IMG/VR virus record: IMGVR_UViG_2767802067_000003
Location: 1-64,000 of that record
Length of the DNA: 64,000 nucleotides
Reading direction: 5' to 3' (one strand)
From: a virus
Lineage: Duplodnaviria; Caudoviricetes
The position numbers and the translations under genes were made by a program. Below, piece after piece: positions 17,516 to 27,776 of the stretch (its first letter is position 1; the number at the start of each line of letters is the position of its first letter). The notes under the pieces were generated by a model. That model ran no database searches. It was given only the letters and a program-made list of their open reading frames with translations, and was not told the DNA's origin.

Positions 17516-18019
17516 ATGCCTGAGCCTACTCAACGACGTCTGCGGATTCGCCCGCTGAGCTTCGCAGCGGCGTGCGCGTTCGTCACCGAGCACCACCGCC
17601 ACCATGCCCCGCCACAGGGCCACAAGTTCTCTCTCGCCGTCGTCGCCGAACCGGACGACCAGGTCGTCGGCGTTGCCATTGTCGGTCGACCGGTGGCCCG
17701 TCCGTTTGACGACGGCTTGACCCTGGAGGTCACCCGCGTAGCCACTGACGGCACGGCGAACGCCTGCTCTGCGCTGTACGGCGCGGCTTGGCGGACCGCC
17801 CGGGCGGCGGGCTACCAGCGGCTGGTGACCTACACCCAGGAAGAGGAGAGCGGAGCGAGCCTGCGCGCGGCCGGCTGGCGGCTGGTCGCACGCCGACGTC
17901 CGCGCCCGGGCTGGAACGTACCCAGCCGACCGCGCCGCCTACAGGGCACCGAGAACACGGGCCGACTGCTGTGGGAGAACACCACCCAACACGCTCCGCC
18001 CCTGCCCCAGGCCGACTGA
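17516..18019 (+). CDS. XF1762-like / Mom-like GNAT protein
   Basis: FVxxHHRHH...VGVAIVGRPVAR...LEVTRV...NACSxLYGAAW...GY..L.TY...ESGASLRAAGW signature. Confidence 0.75.
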   Translation: MPEPTQRRLRIRPLSFAAACAFVTEHHRHHAPPQGHKFSLAVVAEPDDQVVGVAIVGRPVARPFDDGLTLEVTRVATDGTANACSALYGAAWRTARAAGYQRLVTYTQEEESGASLRAAGWRLVARRRPRPGWNVPSRPRRLQGTENTGRLLWENTTQHAPPLPQAD

Positions 18020-18056
18020 CGCACCGTCGCCCGCACGTGGAAGGGGTGATGACGCG

Positions 18057-19634
18057 GTGGTCGACTTCGCCAATGCGCTGGCACTGGCCGCATCTCGCCT
18101 GGAAGGCCTGTCACAGGCGACGGATCGCTTCCCGACCCCCCACGACCTCGCGAAGGCGCTCGACCCGCGGGTAGTCACCACGCCCGCGCTGGCACTGCTC
18201 GACCGCCACCTCATGGACGTCGCGGCCGGAAAGACCCGGCGCCTGATCTGGACGATGCCCCCGCAGGAAGGCAAGTCGCAGCGCGTCAGCCGTACCTTCC
18301 CCGCCTGGCTTCTCGCCCGCAACCCCGACCTGCGGATCGCGATCGCCAGCTACGAGTTTGGCACCGCCCGCCGGTGGGGCCGCGCCATCCGCAACGACAT
18401 CTCTGCCAACACAGACCTGTTCGGGCTGCGAGTGCGCCATGACACCGGTGCAGCCCACGAATGGCAGCTCGAGAACCATGACGGCGGCGTCTACTCCGTC
18501 GGCATCGCCGGCGCCCTGACCGGCCGCCCAGTCGACGTGCTGATCATCGACGACCCGATCAAGGGCCGCGCTGAGGCGGAGTCGCTGGTGCAGCGGGAGA
18601 AGGTCTGGGACTTCTGGGTCGACACCGCACGCACGCGTTTCGGTCCCAATACCGCCGTCATCGTCGTCTTGACCCGCTGGCACGAAGATGACCTCGCCGG
18701 CCGGCTCTTGGAGGCAGACAAGGCGGTCGGGGAGTGGACCTACGTCAACATCCCGGCGCAGGCCGAGACCGCTGACGACCCGCTCGGCCGCGAGCCCGGC
18801 GAGTACCTGGTCTCCGCCCGCGGCCGCGGCGTCGCTGACTGGGAGTCCACTAAGCGGGACGTCGGCGCCCGTACCTGGACCTCGCTCTACCAGGGCCGCC
18901 CCGCGCCGGCCGAAGGCGGGCTGTTCCGCCGCGACCACTGGCGCTGGTACCAGGCCCCGAAGGCCGACCAGCGCGCCGATGGCTCGTACTGGATCCCGAA
19001 CGCCACCGAGGTCATCCAGTCCTGGGACATGACGTTCAAGGACAGCAAGAGCGGTGACTTCGTCGTCGGACAGGTCTGGGCGAAGATCAACGGCCAGGTC
19101 TACCTCATGGACCAGGTCTGCGACCGCCTCGACTTCCCCGCCACCTGCCGCGCCGTCACCGCTCTTTCCAAGCGCTGGCCGCAGGCCCACGCGAAGTTGG
19201 TCGAAGACCGGGCGAACGGGCCTGCTGTCATCTCACAACTGCGCTCCACCGTGCCCGGGCTGATACCGGTCACCCCGAAGGAGTCCAAGTTCGCGCGCGC
19301 CTCCTCCGTCGCGCCGTTCGTGGAGAGCGGCGTCGTCTGGCTTCCGGCGCCCGAGATCGCCCCTTGGATCGGCTCCTTCCTCGAAGAGACCGCCGGCTTC
19401 CCGAACGCCTCGCACGACGACCAGGTCGACGCGATGACGCAGGCCCTGCACCGGCTCCTCGCCGGATCGAACAGCGCCGACCGCGCCATGGGCTGGCTCG
19501 ACTCCTACACCTCGATCCCCCGACCCGCACCGGGAACCCCCCTGGACTACCTCGATGGGAGGGCACCGCATGGCCCGATGGCCCTTCCCCCGCAAGAAGA
19601 CCCCGACCCCGACGCCCCAGATGACGGGCAGTGA
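18057..19634 (+). CDS. terL: Terminase large subunit
   Basis: MPPQEGKS Walker A, IIDDP Walker B, TRWHEDDL, SWD and HDDQVDA nuclease motifs. Confidence 0.95.
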   Translation: MVDFANALALAASRLEGLSQATDRFPTPHDLAKALDPRVVTTPALALLDRHLMDVAAGKTRRLIWTMPPQEGKSQRVSRTFPAWLLARNPDLRIAIASYEFGTARRWGRAIRNDISANTDLFGLRVRHDTGAAHEWQLENHDGGVYSVGIAGALTGRPVDVLIIDDPIKGRAEAESLVQREKVWDFWVDTARTRFGPNTAVIVVLTRWHEDDLAGRLLEADKAVGEWTYVNIPAQAETADDPLGREPGEYLVSARGRGVADWESTKRDVGARTWTSLYQGRPAPAEGGLFRRDHWRWYQAPKADQRADGSYWIPNATEVIQSWDMTFKDSKSGDFVVGQVWAKINGQVYLMDQVCDRLDFPATCRAVTALSKRWPQAHAKLVEDRANGPAVISQLRSTVPGLIPVTPKESKFARASSVAPFVESGVVWLPAPEIAPWIGSFLEETAGFPNASHDDQVDAMTQALHRLLAGSNSADRAMGWLDSYTSIPRPAPGTPLDYLDGRAPHGPMALPPQEDPDPDAPDDGQ

Positions 19635-22215
19635 CGCCTCCAGCCTGGAGAAGTCCACGCAGGCAGCGGCCGTCCACACCTTCTCCTCGGAGCAGGTCGC
19701 AGCGCTGCTCGCCTCCACCCAGCTCGGCGCCGGCACCACGGGGTCGTTCAGCCCTCTGCCGCGCATCGAGCCCATGGTCGCGTTCGGCCCCGGCATGCCG
19801 CTGCTGCCGACCGCGTTCGACCCGGTCAACCCGGAGACCGGCCGCACTCCGCCGCGCTTCTCCGAGTACCCGGTCAGCGTCAACCTTCCCGGCATCACTG
19901 ACCGCCTGGTGCCGTGGAAGGTACTGCGCGACTCCGCCGAGGTCGGCTTGCCCCGCCGCTGCATCGAGATCCGCAAGTCACACGTGGTCTCCCTGGAGTG
20001 GGCGATCGTCATCTCCAAGGACGCGATCGCCCAAGCCCAGGCTGCGAACCCGTCTGCCCCCCGCGCAGAGATCGAAGCCGATCTGCGGCGCAGTCTCGGA
20101 TCCGAGATCGCGCGGTGCACCGCGTTCTGGTCCAGGCCGGACCCTGGCCAGGACGAAGAGTGGCCCGAATGGATCAGCAAGCTGCTGGAGGAGCAGCTGG
20201 TCCTCGACGCGATAGCGATCTACCCGCGCCGCACCCGCGGCGGGGGCCTGTACGCCCTGGAGATCGTGGACGGCTCCACGATCAAGGTCCTGCGGGACCA
20301 CCGCGGCGGCAAGCCGCTGCCGCCGAACCCGGCCTACCAGCAGCTCCTGTGGGGATTCCCCCGGGGCGAGTACACCGCGGACACCGACGACGACCAGAAC
20401 ATCCTGAACCCGTACGACGACGACACGCTGATCTACAAGCGGCGCAACGTCCGCTCGTTCACCCCGTACGGGTTCTCCGCTGTCGAGCAGTGCCTCACCG
20501 ACCTCGACGTGTGGCTGCAGCGCCGCAACTGGATCCGTTCGGAGTACACCGACGGCACCGTCCCCACCGGATTCCTCAAGATGTCCTCGGACGCCGTCGG
20601 CTGGACGCCGGCCCAGGTCCGCGAGTACGAGACCGCGATCAACGACATGTGGTCCGGCCAGCACGCCGACCGGCACCGCATGCGAATGTTGCCACCCGGC
20701 ATCGACCTCGCCACCAACAGCGACGTCGCCGAGCGGTACAAGCCCGAGTACGACCTGTTCCTCATCCGGCTACTCAGCTCGCACTTCGGCGTCACGCTGC
20801 CCGAGCTGAACTTCAGCGAGCCCGGTGGCCTCGGCAGCACTGGCTATCACGAGGGCCAGGCCGATGTGCAGGAACGTTCCTCCACGATGCCTGACTACCG
20901 CTGGCTGCAGAAGCTGATCACCAGCATCTCCCACCGGCACCTGCACATGGCGCCGCAGCTGGAGTTCAAGATTCTCGGCCTGGAGGACGAGGACGACGCT
21001 GCGGCTGACGCCGTCGCACAGGAACGCGTGCAGTGGGGCCGCACCACCCTCAACGAGGACCGGGACCTGCGTGGCCTACCGCGCTACCCCTTTCCTGAGG
21101 CGGACATGCCAATGCTCATGACGCAGCGCGGCGTCGTGTTCCTCGAAGGCGCCGCCCGGCTGGCACCGTCAGGGGAGACCGTGGGCCCTGTCCAGGCCCC
21201 GCCCGCCACCGACGAAGACGGCGACGGCATCATCGACCGGTTCGAGGATCCGGACGCGCTTGCTGGAGACGAGGACGACGGCGCCCGCGACCAGGCGGTG
21301 AAGACCGAACTGGCCGCCTACCGGCGGTGGGCCCGACGCAACCCGCGCCCCAGCCGACCGTTCACCTTCAACACCGTCACCAAGGCCGACGCCCCCGCGC
21401 TACAAGGCGCACCAGTCGTGTTCGCCGCCGGCGGTGGTCCGGACCCAAAAGCCGGTAGCCCGGCCGTCTGGCCGGGCTGGGGCCGCGACACCGCCACCGC
21501 CGCCGCGTGGGCACCGCGTATCACGCAGGCCTTGGCCGGTGCGCTCGACTGGAATGCCCTTGCAGCAGCCTGGATCACCCACATCCACCTGGCCAAGGCC
21601 GACGACTGGGACCTGGCCCAGGCCAGCGCCTGGCTCACCGGCCAGGGGATCGACCTGAACCCGGTCATCACCGACCTCGTCCTCGGCCTGCGCACCGAGG
21701 GCTGGGCGATCGGCAGCACCGCGGCCACCGCCGCCGTCGCCGGTGAGAGCACAGCCACCTTCAACTGGACGCCTGGTGATGAGGCCGCGGCCACCCACAC
21801 CCTGACCGCGACCAACCGACACGACCTGGCGGCCCATCAAGAGCAGGCCGTCAGCCAGGCCCGCGAGATCGCAACGAACCGGCTGCGCCGCCTCGCCCAA
21901 GCCCTGGCCGAGGCGAAGAACACGGGCCTCACCGCCAGCCAGCTCGCCGACGAGCTGCGCGCAGCGATCGCCGACGCCCCGTGGGCCCGCATGCTCGCTC
22001 TCACCGAGCTGCTGCACGGCCAGTCCGCCGCCACCACCAGCACCTACCAAGGTGCAGGCGTCAGCAGCGTCCAGTGGACCTGCGAAGACGAACCGTGCAC
22101 CGCGTGCCTGGACAACGAGGACGCCGGCTCGCTCCAGCTCGGCCAGGCCTTCCCCTCCGGCGTCACGGCCCCGCCACAGCACCCCAGCTGCCGCTGCAGC
22201 CTTCTCCCCGCCTGA
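19570..22215 (+). CDS. Portal protein fused to a MuF-like minor head domain
   Basis: Portal-like core directly after TerL; C-terminal CxxC...PPxHPxCRC MuF motif. Confidence 0.85.
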   Translation: MARWPFPRKKTPTPTPQMTGSDASSLEKSTQAAAVHTFSSEQVAALLASTQLGAGTTGSFSPLPRIEPMVAFGPGMPLLPTAFDPVNPETGRTPPRFSEYPVSVNLPGITDRLVPWKVLRDSAEVGLPRRCIEIRKSHVVSLEWAIVISKDAIAQAQAANPSAPRAEIEADLRRSLGSEIARCTAFWSRPDPGQDEEWPEWISKLLEEQLVLDAIAIYPRRTRGGGLYALEIVDGSTIKVLRDHRGGKPLPPNPAYQQLLWGFPRGEYTADTDDDQNILNPYDDDTLIYKRRNVRSFTPYGFSAVEQCLTDLDVWLQRRNWIRSEYTDGTVPTGFLKMSSDAVGWTPAQVREYETAINDMWSGQHADRHRMRMLPPGIDLATNSDVAERYKPEYDLFLIRLLSSHFGVTLPELNFSEPGGLGSTGYHEGQADVQERSSTMPDYRWLQKLITSISHRHLHMAPQLEFKILGLEDEDDAAADAVAQERVQWGRTTLNEDRDLRGLPRYPFPEADMPMLMTQRGVVFLEGAARLAPSGETVGPVQAPPATDEDGDGIIDRFEDPDALAGDEDDGARDQAVKTELAAYRRWARRNPRPSRPFTFNTVTKADAPALQGAPVVFAAGGGPDPKAGSPAVWPGWGRDTATAAAWAPRITQALAGALDWNALAAAWITHIHLAKADDWDLAQASAWLTGQGIDLNPVITDLVLGLRTEGWAIGSTAATAAVAGESTATFNWTPGDEAAATHTLTATNRHDLAAHQEQAVSQAREIATNRLRRLAQALAEAKNTGLTASQLADELRAAIADAPWARMLALTELLHGQSAATTSTYQGAGVSSVQWTCEDEPCTACLDNEDAGSLQLGQAFPSGVTAPPQHPSCRCSLLPA

Positions 22216-22265
22216 CGCGGGGCTACCCACCACCGCCTCAGCCCCCAACCAGAAGGAGGGGACCC

Positions 22266-23549
22266 TTGAACGTTTCCTACGCCTGGTCGCCGATCACCAA
22301 GTCCGAGAAGCAGCCCGACGGCACACTCCTCGTCTACGGCCCGGCCGCCACCAGCGCCCTCGACCGCGACAATCAGCGCCTCGACCAGGACTGGCTCGAC
22401 CGGGCCATGCCCGCGTGGATGTCCGAAGGCGGCAACGTCCGCGAGCAGCACGACAGCAAGCGCGCGGTCGGCGTCGGCGTCGGCCTGTCCAAGGGCATCG
22501 ACGGCAAGCACCTGCTCACCGCGCACATCGTGGACCCCATCGCCGTGACCAAGGTCGAGAGCAAGGTGCTCAAGGGCTTCAGCGTCGGTATCAAGAACCC
22601 GCGAGTCGAGTTCGGGCACCCCGACGCCCCGAACGGCCTGGTCACCGACGGAGAGATCATCGAGGTCTCCGTCGTGGACCGCCCGGCTAACCCCGAGTGC
22701 GGGATCCAGGTCGCCAAGGCCGACGACACCGGGTCGCTGGCGGCCGTTCCCGACGCCGCGCTGGTCGAGACCCCTACCACCCCGGCACCAGAGCCGACCG
22801 GCGCCCCCGAGCCGCAGCCTACGGCCAGCACCCGCACCGACCCGGCACCTGCCCCGGTCGCGGCCGCGCCCGACCCCGAGACGGTGCTGCGCGCCGCCGA
22901 GGTCATCGTCCAGGCCCGCGCCCTCATCAAGGCCGACACCGCCGCCCCGGCGGCCGCCGAGGGCGAGGACGAGACCAGCGACATCAACGGCGCCCAGCAG
23001 GCCATCGCCATCATCGCCGCGCTGATCATCAGCGAAGCCGAGTCCCTGGCCATGGGCAACCTCAACGAGGCCTGCGACATCGCCACCCTCCTCGACGCGG
23101 TGAGCGCCCTGAAGTGGTTCTCCCACCGCGAGGAGGCCGAGCAGACCGGCACCGCCATGGAGTTCGCCGACACCGCGGATCTCCACAAGAACGACACCGC
23201 CACCCCGGCGGCCCCCGAACCGCAGATCACGAAGGCTGACATCGCCGAGCTGGTGAAGTCCGCCGTGGCAGAGGCCACGACCGCATCCGAAGAGCGCATG
23301 AAGACGCTGGAAGCGGATCTGGTGAAGGCCAACGGCGAGCTGGAGACCCTCAAGGCCCAGCCTCTGCCCGGCGGGCCCGCGCTGACGCGCACCGCCGCCC
23401 AGGAGGACAGCGCCCGCAGCGCCGACGCGCAGCGGCTCATCGCCGAGGCCAACCAGTACCTGGCCAAGGCCGACGCGGTCAGTGACCGCGACCTCAAGGA
23501 CGGCTACCGGCAGAAGGCCAACGCGCTGCTGGACCGCGCCAACGTCTGA
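22266..23549 (+). CDS. Prohead protease / scaffold protein
   Basis: NVREQH (His), KGFSVG (Ser), EVSVVDRPANP motifs; helical C-terminus; GAAGGAGG RBS, TTG start. Confidence 0.85.
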   Translation: MNVSYAWSPITKSEKQPDGTLLVYGPAATSALDRDNQRLDQDWLDRAMPAWMSEGGNVREQHDSKRAVGVGVGLSKGIDGKHLLTAHIVDPIAVTKVESKVLKGFSVGIKNPRVEFGHPDAPNGLVTDGEIIEVSVVDRPANPECGIQVAKADDTGSLAAVPDAALVETPTTPAPEPTGAPEPQPTASTRTDPAPAPVAAAPDPETVLRAAEVIVQARALIKADTAAPAAAEGEDETSDINGAQQAIAIIAALIISEAESLAMGNLNEACDIATLLDAVSALKWFSHREEAEQTGTAMEFADTADLHKNDTATPAAPEPQITKADIAELVKSAVAEATTASEERMKTLEADLVKANGELETLKAQPLPGGPALTRTAAQEDSARSADAQRLIAEANQYLAKADAVSDRDLKDGYRQKANALLDRANV

Positions 23550-23598
23550 CCCCACCCCTGACCTTCCCTTCCCTGCTGCCTCCCGATAGGAGTCAACT

Positions 23599-25323
23599 GT
23601 GGCTCTGCCCACCGCAGATGTACTGTTCGGCGAGTCGCCGGACGCCCCCCGCCTGGCCAAGACTGACCTGGCGGACCGCTTCGACAACCTGATGAAGGCC
23701 GTCGACGCGATGCCGACCCGGCACCTCGACCTCGCCGCCATGAACCAGGCCTTCAGCCAGGGCCGCGGCATCGACTTCACGCCGCAGCCGACCACCGTGC
23801 ACGGCGCCCTGGTGAAGACCCTGGAGTCGCCGGAGATCGCCAAGTCGCTCTCCCCGGACCAGCTGAGCTCTCTCACCGCCGCACTGGGCCAGCTCAAGGC
23901 CCAGGCCCCGGACATGGTGAAGGACATCACCAACACCACGCCGATCGCGTCCGGCCTGGTCGCTTTCGACCTGGAAAGCCCGGCCAAGATGCTGGCCCCG
24001 CGCCCGACCCCGCTGCGCAACCGCATCCCGCGCAAGAAGGGCGTCGGCCTGTCCCACCGCTTCAAGGTGATCAGCGGATACACCGGCACCGGCACCGGCG
24101 GCGTCTCCACCATCCACCCCGGTATCTCGGACGCGACCCAGACGAACTTCGCGCCGCAGGGCTCCGGGAACCCGCTGTACTACGCGCGCGGCCCGAAGAT
24201 CAGCTACGCGGGTTACGACGTCGTCGTGCCGTACGCCCAGTTCTCGGTGTCGGACCAGGTCACCTGGTCCGCGCAGTACCAGGGCCAGGGATACCAGGAC
24301 ATCCGTCAGCTGTCCCGCACCAGCCTGCTCTACGCCTCGATGCTCCTCGAGGAGCGCATGTTCCTGATGGGCCGTGGCACGGCGGCGAACAACTTCCTCG
24401 GCGCGGTCGCGGCCCCGGGCAACGTCACCGTCACCGCCCGCGCGGCCGCCGCCGGTGAGACCCCGATCAGCGGCAGCGCCGGCAACGTGTACGTCAAGGT
24501 CACCAGCGACGCCGGTGACTTCGGCCAGTCCGTACTGTCCGGCATGGTGTCCGTCGCGGTCTCCGCCGGCCAGGTCGTGGACGTCACGTGCAACCTGCCC
24601 GCCGGAGCACTCGGCCAGCGCGTCTACGTCGCGACCGGCGCCTCGGCCGACCCGGGCGACGCCACCCGCTTCTACGCGGGCCGCTCCGGCTACAGCACCT
24701 TCACCATCCAGGGCGCTCTGCCGACCAGCGGCGCTGTCGCCGCCTCGGTCGTCGCGGACACCACCGCGTACACCAACGGGTACGACGGCATCCTGCCCAT
24801 CTGCACCGGCCCGCAGTCCGGCTACACCCGGCAGCTCAACACCCCCCTGTCGACCTCGAACCCGGGTGGCGAGTTCCAGACCGCGTTCGCCGCGCTCTAC
24901 CAGTCGGTGAAGGCCGACCCGGACCGGGTGCTGTTCAACGGCTCGGACCGCAAGCAGCTGTCCGACTCGCTGAAGTCCGCGTCCAGCAGCAACTACCGGC
25001 TGACGCTGACCCAGGACGAGGTGTCCGGCGTGACCCTGGGCGACGTCGTGAACACCATCATCAACGAGGTCACCGGCAAGGGCGTCACCGTTGAGGTCCA
25101 CCCGTGGATGCCGCAGGGCAACACCGCGATCCTCTCCGACACGCTGCCCATGCCCGACACCGACGTCTCCGACGTGTGGGCCGCCTGGAACGTCCAGGAC
25201 CTGATGGGTGTGGACTGGCCGGTCACCCAGTTCGCCTACGAGTCCAGCTCGTACTGGCTCGGCACCATGGTCTGCTACGCGCCCGGCTGGAACGGCGCCA
25301 TCACCGGCATCAAGGCCGCGTAA
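23599..25323 (+). CDS. Major capsid protein with an inserted beta-sandwich domain
   Basis: Position after the protease; TPLRNRIPR, EE...GR, and G.V.V..HPWMPQG motifs of HK97-like folds. Confidence 0.8.
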   Translation: MALPTADVLFGESPDAPRLAKTDLADRFDNLMKAVDAMPTRHLDLAAMNQAFSQGRGIDFTPQPTTVHGALVKTLESPEIAKSLSPDQLSSLTAALGQLKAQAPDMVKDITNTTPIASGLVAFDLESPAKMLAPRPTPLRNRIPRKKGVGLSHRFKVISGYTGTGTGGVSTIHPGISDATQTNFAPQGSGNPLYYARGPKISYAGYDVVVPYAQFSVSDQVTWSAQYQGQGYQDIRQLSRTSLLYASMLLEERMFLMGRGTAANNFLGAVAAPGNVTVTARAAAAGETPISGSAGNVYVKVTSDAGDFGQSVLSGMVSVAVSAGQVVDVTCNLPAGALGQRVYVATGASADPGDATRFYAGRSGYSTFTIQGALPTSGAVAASVVADTTAYTNGYDGILPICTGPQSGYTRQLNTPLSTSNPGGEFQTAFAALYQSVKADPDRVLFNGSDRKQLSDSLKSASSSNYRLTLTQDEVSGVTLGDVVNTIINEVTGKGVTVEVHPWMPQGNTAILSDTLPMPDTDVSDVWAAWNVQDLMGVDWPVTQFAYESSSYWLGTMVCYAPGWNGAITGIKAA

Positions 25324-25400
25324 CCGACCCATCCCCACCACTGGAAAGCCCGCGGCCCGCCTTGGACCGCGGGCCTTCCGCGTTCCCGGAAGGAGGGAGC

Positions 25401-25679
25401 ATGGCCCGGCTCTGCCTGCCTGACAGTGCCGTGCGCGGCGTCGACATCAAGGGCGCCCGCCTCGGTTTCACCACCAGCTACACCCCCGGCCGCGACGGCA
25501 CCGTAACCGTCGACAACCCGGCCCATGAGAAGGCCCTGCGCCAGCTCGGCGCCTTCGCCGCCAACCTCGGCGGCGCCGTGCGGCACAGCAGCGGCTACCG
25601 CTGCGCCAACTGCGGCCATGGTTCGTACTTCGCCCGCTGCGGCAAGTGCGGCACGACTTGCAAGCGGGAGGACCAGTGA
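25401..25679 (+). CDS. Small zinc-ribbon virion-associated protein
   Basis: CxxCG...CxxC; GGAGGGAG RBS. Confidence 0.7.
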   Translation: MARLCLPDSAVRGVDIKGARLGFTTSYTPGRDGTVTVDNPAHEKALRQLGAFAANLGGAVRHSSGYRCANCGHGSYFARCGKCGTTCKREDQ

Positions 25680-25930
25680 CCGACACCACCGAGCCGCTGG
25701 GCGCCGAGACCGCAGCTGCGCCCGATCAGCAGCCCCCGGCCGACACCAAGCCGGCACCCGCCCGAGCCAGCGCCCGCAAGGCCCCGAAGGGCGCCAGCAC
25801 GCCGGTCGTGGACCTCGAAGTCGCCTTCAAGGCCGAGCCCGAGGCGCCCATCTGCGAGATCTGCATGCCCAGGGGCTGGCCCGACGGAGCGATGGCCGTG
25901 GGCTGCGAGCACGGCCACTGGACGCGCTGA
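25676..25930 (+). CDS. Small hypothetical protein
   Basis: GTGA coupling; CxxC...CxHGHW. Confidence 0.6.
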   Translation: MTDTTEPLGAETAAAPDQQPPADTKPAPARASARKAPKGASTPVVDLEVAFKAEPEAPICEICMPRGWPDGAMAVGCEHGHWTR

Positions 25931-25949
25931 CCCGGAGGGAGGAGGCCAC

Positions 25950-26831
25950 GTGCTCACTCTCCCGTACGTGACCCCGGCCGCGTTCCGCGCCCATCCGACG
26001 TTCCTGGACACCTACAACCTGCGCTCCGGGAACTCCTCCCTGGCCGCGCAGGACGCCGAGCTGACGAACGTCCTGCTCATGTCGAGCCAGTGGGCTGACA
26101 ACTACTGCCGTCAGCCGCTCGCAGTGCACCAGACCACACAGCAGCACACCGCGCGCTACGACCGCGCCGGGAACCTGCGGATCCGCGCCGACCACACCCC
26201 GGTCCTGTCCGTCCAGAGCATCGCCTACGGCCACAACCCCACCGCGCTGACCGTCGTCAACCAGCCCGCCTACTGGGACGACAGCGGGAACCTCGTGTTC
26301 CCACCCAACATCGGCCCATGGAGCGGCGCGCTCAGCTTCACCAGCCCCCAGCTGGGCGGAAGCGTCTTCGCACGCGTCACCTACCTCGCCGGGCACGTCG
26401 CCACCGTGCTGACCGCGCCGCAGAGCGCCGGCGACCAGAGCGTCAGCGTGCCGGATATCACCGGCCTGCAGCCCGGCCAGAGCTACCGGCTGTGGGAACC
26501 CGGCGCCGAGGAGACCATCACCGCCTCCTCCACCTGGAGCCCGCCGGTCCCGACCGGTCAGCCGATGCCCGGCATCGTGCCGCTCGCGTCCCCTCTGCTG
26601 TTCGCACACACCGCCGGGATGGGCCTGTCCGGGCTGCCGGCCGACGTCCACCTGGCCGTCATCAACTACGCCACCGCGTCGCTGATGCGTCCGGACACCG
26701 CAGCCGAAGACGCCTTCCCCGACACGAGCCTGTCCGCCGGGATCCGGCAGCGAGACTCCCGCAGGGACGGATCCGGTCTGGTCGCCGAGGCCCAGCGCCT
26801 CCTCGCCCCCTACCGGCGGGTGGTGCCCTGA
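25950..26831 (+). CDS. Head-tail adaptor-like protein
   Basis: Position; begins PYVTPAAF, ends LLAPYRR. Confidence 0.7.
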   Translation: MLTLPYVTPAAFRAHPTFLDTYNLRSGNSSLAAQDAELTNVLLMSSQWADNYCRQPLAVHQTTQQHTARYDRAGNLRIRADHTPVLSVQSIAYGHNPTALTVVNQPAYWDDSGNLVFPPNIGPWSGALSFTSPQLGGSVFARVTYLAGHVATVLTAPQSAGDQSVSVPDITGLQPGQSYRLWEPGAEETITASSTWSPPVPTGQPMPGIVPLASPLLFAHTAGMGLSGLPADVHLAVINYATASLMRPDTAAEDAFPDTSLSAGIRQRDSRRDGSGLVAEAQRLLAPYRRVVP

Positions 26832-27361
26832 TGAGCATTCAGAGCGTCATCAACGGCATCGGCACCTTCCTGGGCGGACCCTACGATCCGGCGACCCGGA
26901 CCTACCGCAGCTCACCAGTGCACGGCGTCGGCGTGGTGCGTCGCGCATTCGCGAAGGCCGACGACCACGCCGACTACTACCGCGGCATGCCGCCCGGCAC
27001 CCGCACTGGCTGCCAGATCGTCATCACCATCCCCGACCAGTCCGAGTACCGCGAGACAGTCGGCCCAGAAGGCGTCGGCCTGATGCGGGTCCTGTACACG
27101 GTCGAGCTGAACGTCTTCATCCGCTCCGAGTGCGAGTACGCCGAGGACGCCCAGGACGACGTGTACGCCCTGCGCGACGCCCTCCTCGCCCGGCTGCGCT
27201 CCGACCACACCCTCGGTGGCTGCGTGTTCCAGGCCGGCGAAGCCGTCGCCGGAGGCAGCGCAGCGATCAGCGTCCGCTACGGCCAGCCCAGCTCCAAGGC
27301 ACAGCTGACCAAGCAGTACATGCAGATCAAGTTCACGGCCGTAGAGCTAACCGCCGTCTGA
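26831..27361 (+). CDS. Tail terminator / head-closure-like protein
   Basis: Position; LRSDHTLGG motif typical of tail completion proteins. Confidence 0.65.
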   Translation: MSIQSVINGIGTFLGGPYDPATRTYRSSPVHGVGVVRRAFAKADDHADYYRGMPPGTRTGCQIVITIPDQSEYRETVGPEGVGLMRVLYTVELNVFIRSECEYAEDAQDDVYALRDALLARLRSDHTLGGCVFQAGEAVAGGSAAISVRYGQPSSKAQLTKQYMQIKFTAVELTAV

Positions 27362-27388
27362 CCTGCGCCCTCACTTCTTCCCTTCTCC

Positions 27389-27772
27389 GTGCAGGAGCAG
27401 CCCCCCATGCCCACAGCCAAGTCGGCTGCGGCGCAGGACGACAGCGCGCAGACCGCTCCGGCCGCCGCGCCCGCGCCCGCAGCCGAGCCAGCGACCAAAG
27501 CGACCGAAGCCCCCACCCACGCCAACGGACCGGCCGCCTACCAGTACACGGGCGCAGTCGAGCTGGTCTACCTCGCCGTCCCGCTCACCGCCCGCCCCGC
27601 GCGCCCGGCCCGGCCCTCCACCGACGACGACCCCGGCGCTCCCGCGACGCCAGCGACGGTCTTCGCCTGGCCTGACGGCCCGCCGGACGACGGCCGCTGG
27701 ACGCCCACCGCTGAACCGCCCAACCAGCACCCCGACAACGAGCCCCAGCCGGGCGCGAGCAGCAAGGAGTAA
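27389..27772 (+). CDS. Hypothetical virion-region protein
   Basis: Pro/Ala-rich ORF between completion and tube genes. Confidence 0.55.
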   Translation: MQEQPPMPTAKSAAAQDDSAQTAPAAAPAPAAEPATKATEAPTHANGPAAYQYTGAVELVYLAVPLTARPARPARPSTDDDPGAPATPATVFAWPDGPPDDGRWTPTAEPPNQHPDNEPQPGASSKE

Positions 27773-27776
27773 GCCC

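Noticed and set aside
22044-24113. 689-aa minus-strand ORF; likewise 34760-37606, 40307-42232 and other long antisense ORFs
   Set aside because: Shadow ORFs opposite well-supported genes; expected in high-GC DNA, and no motifs.
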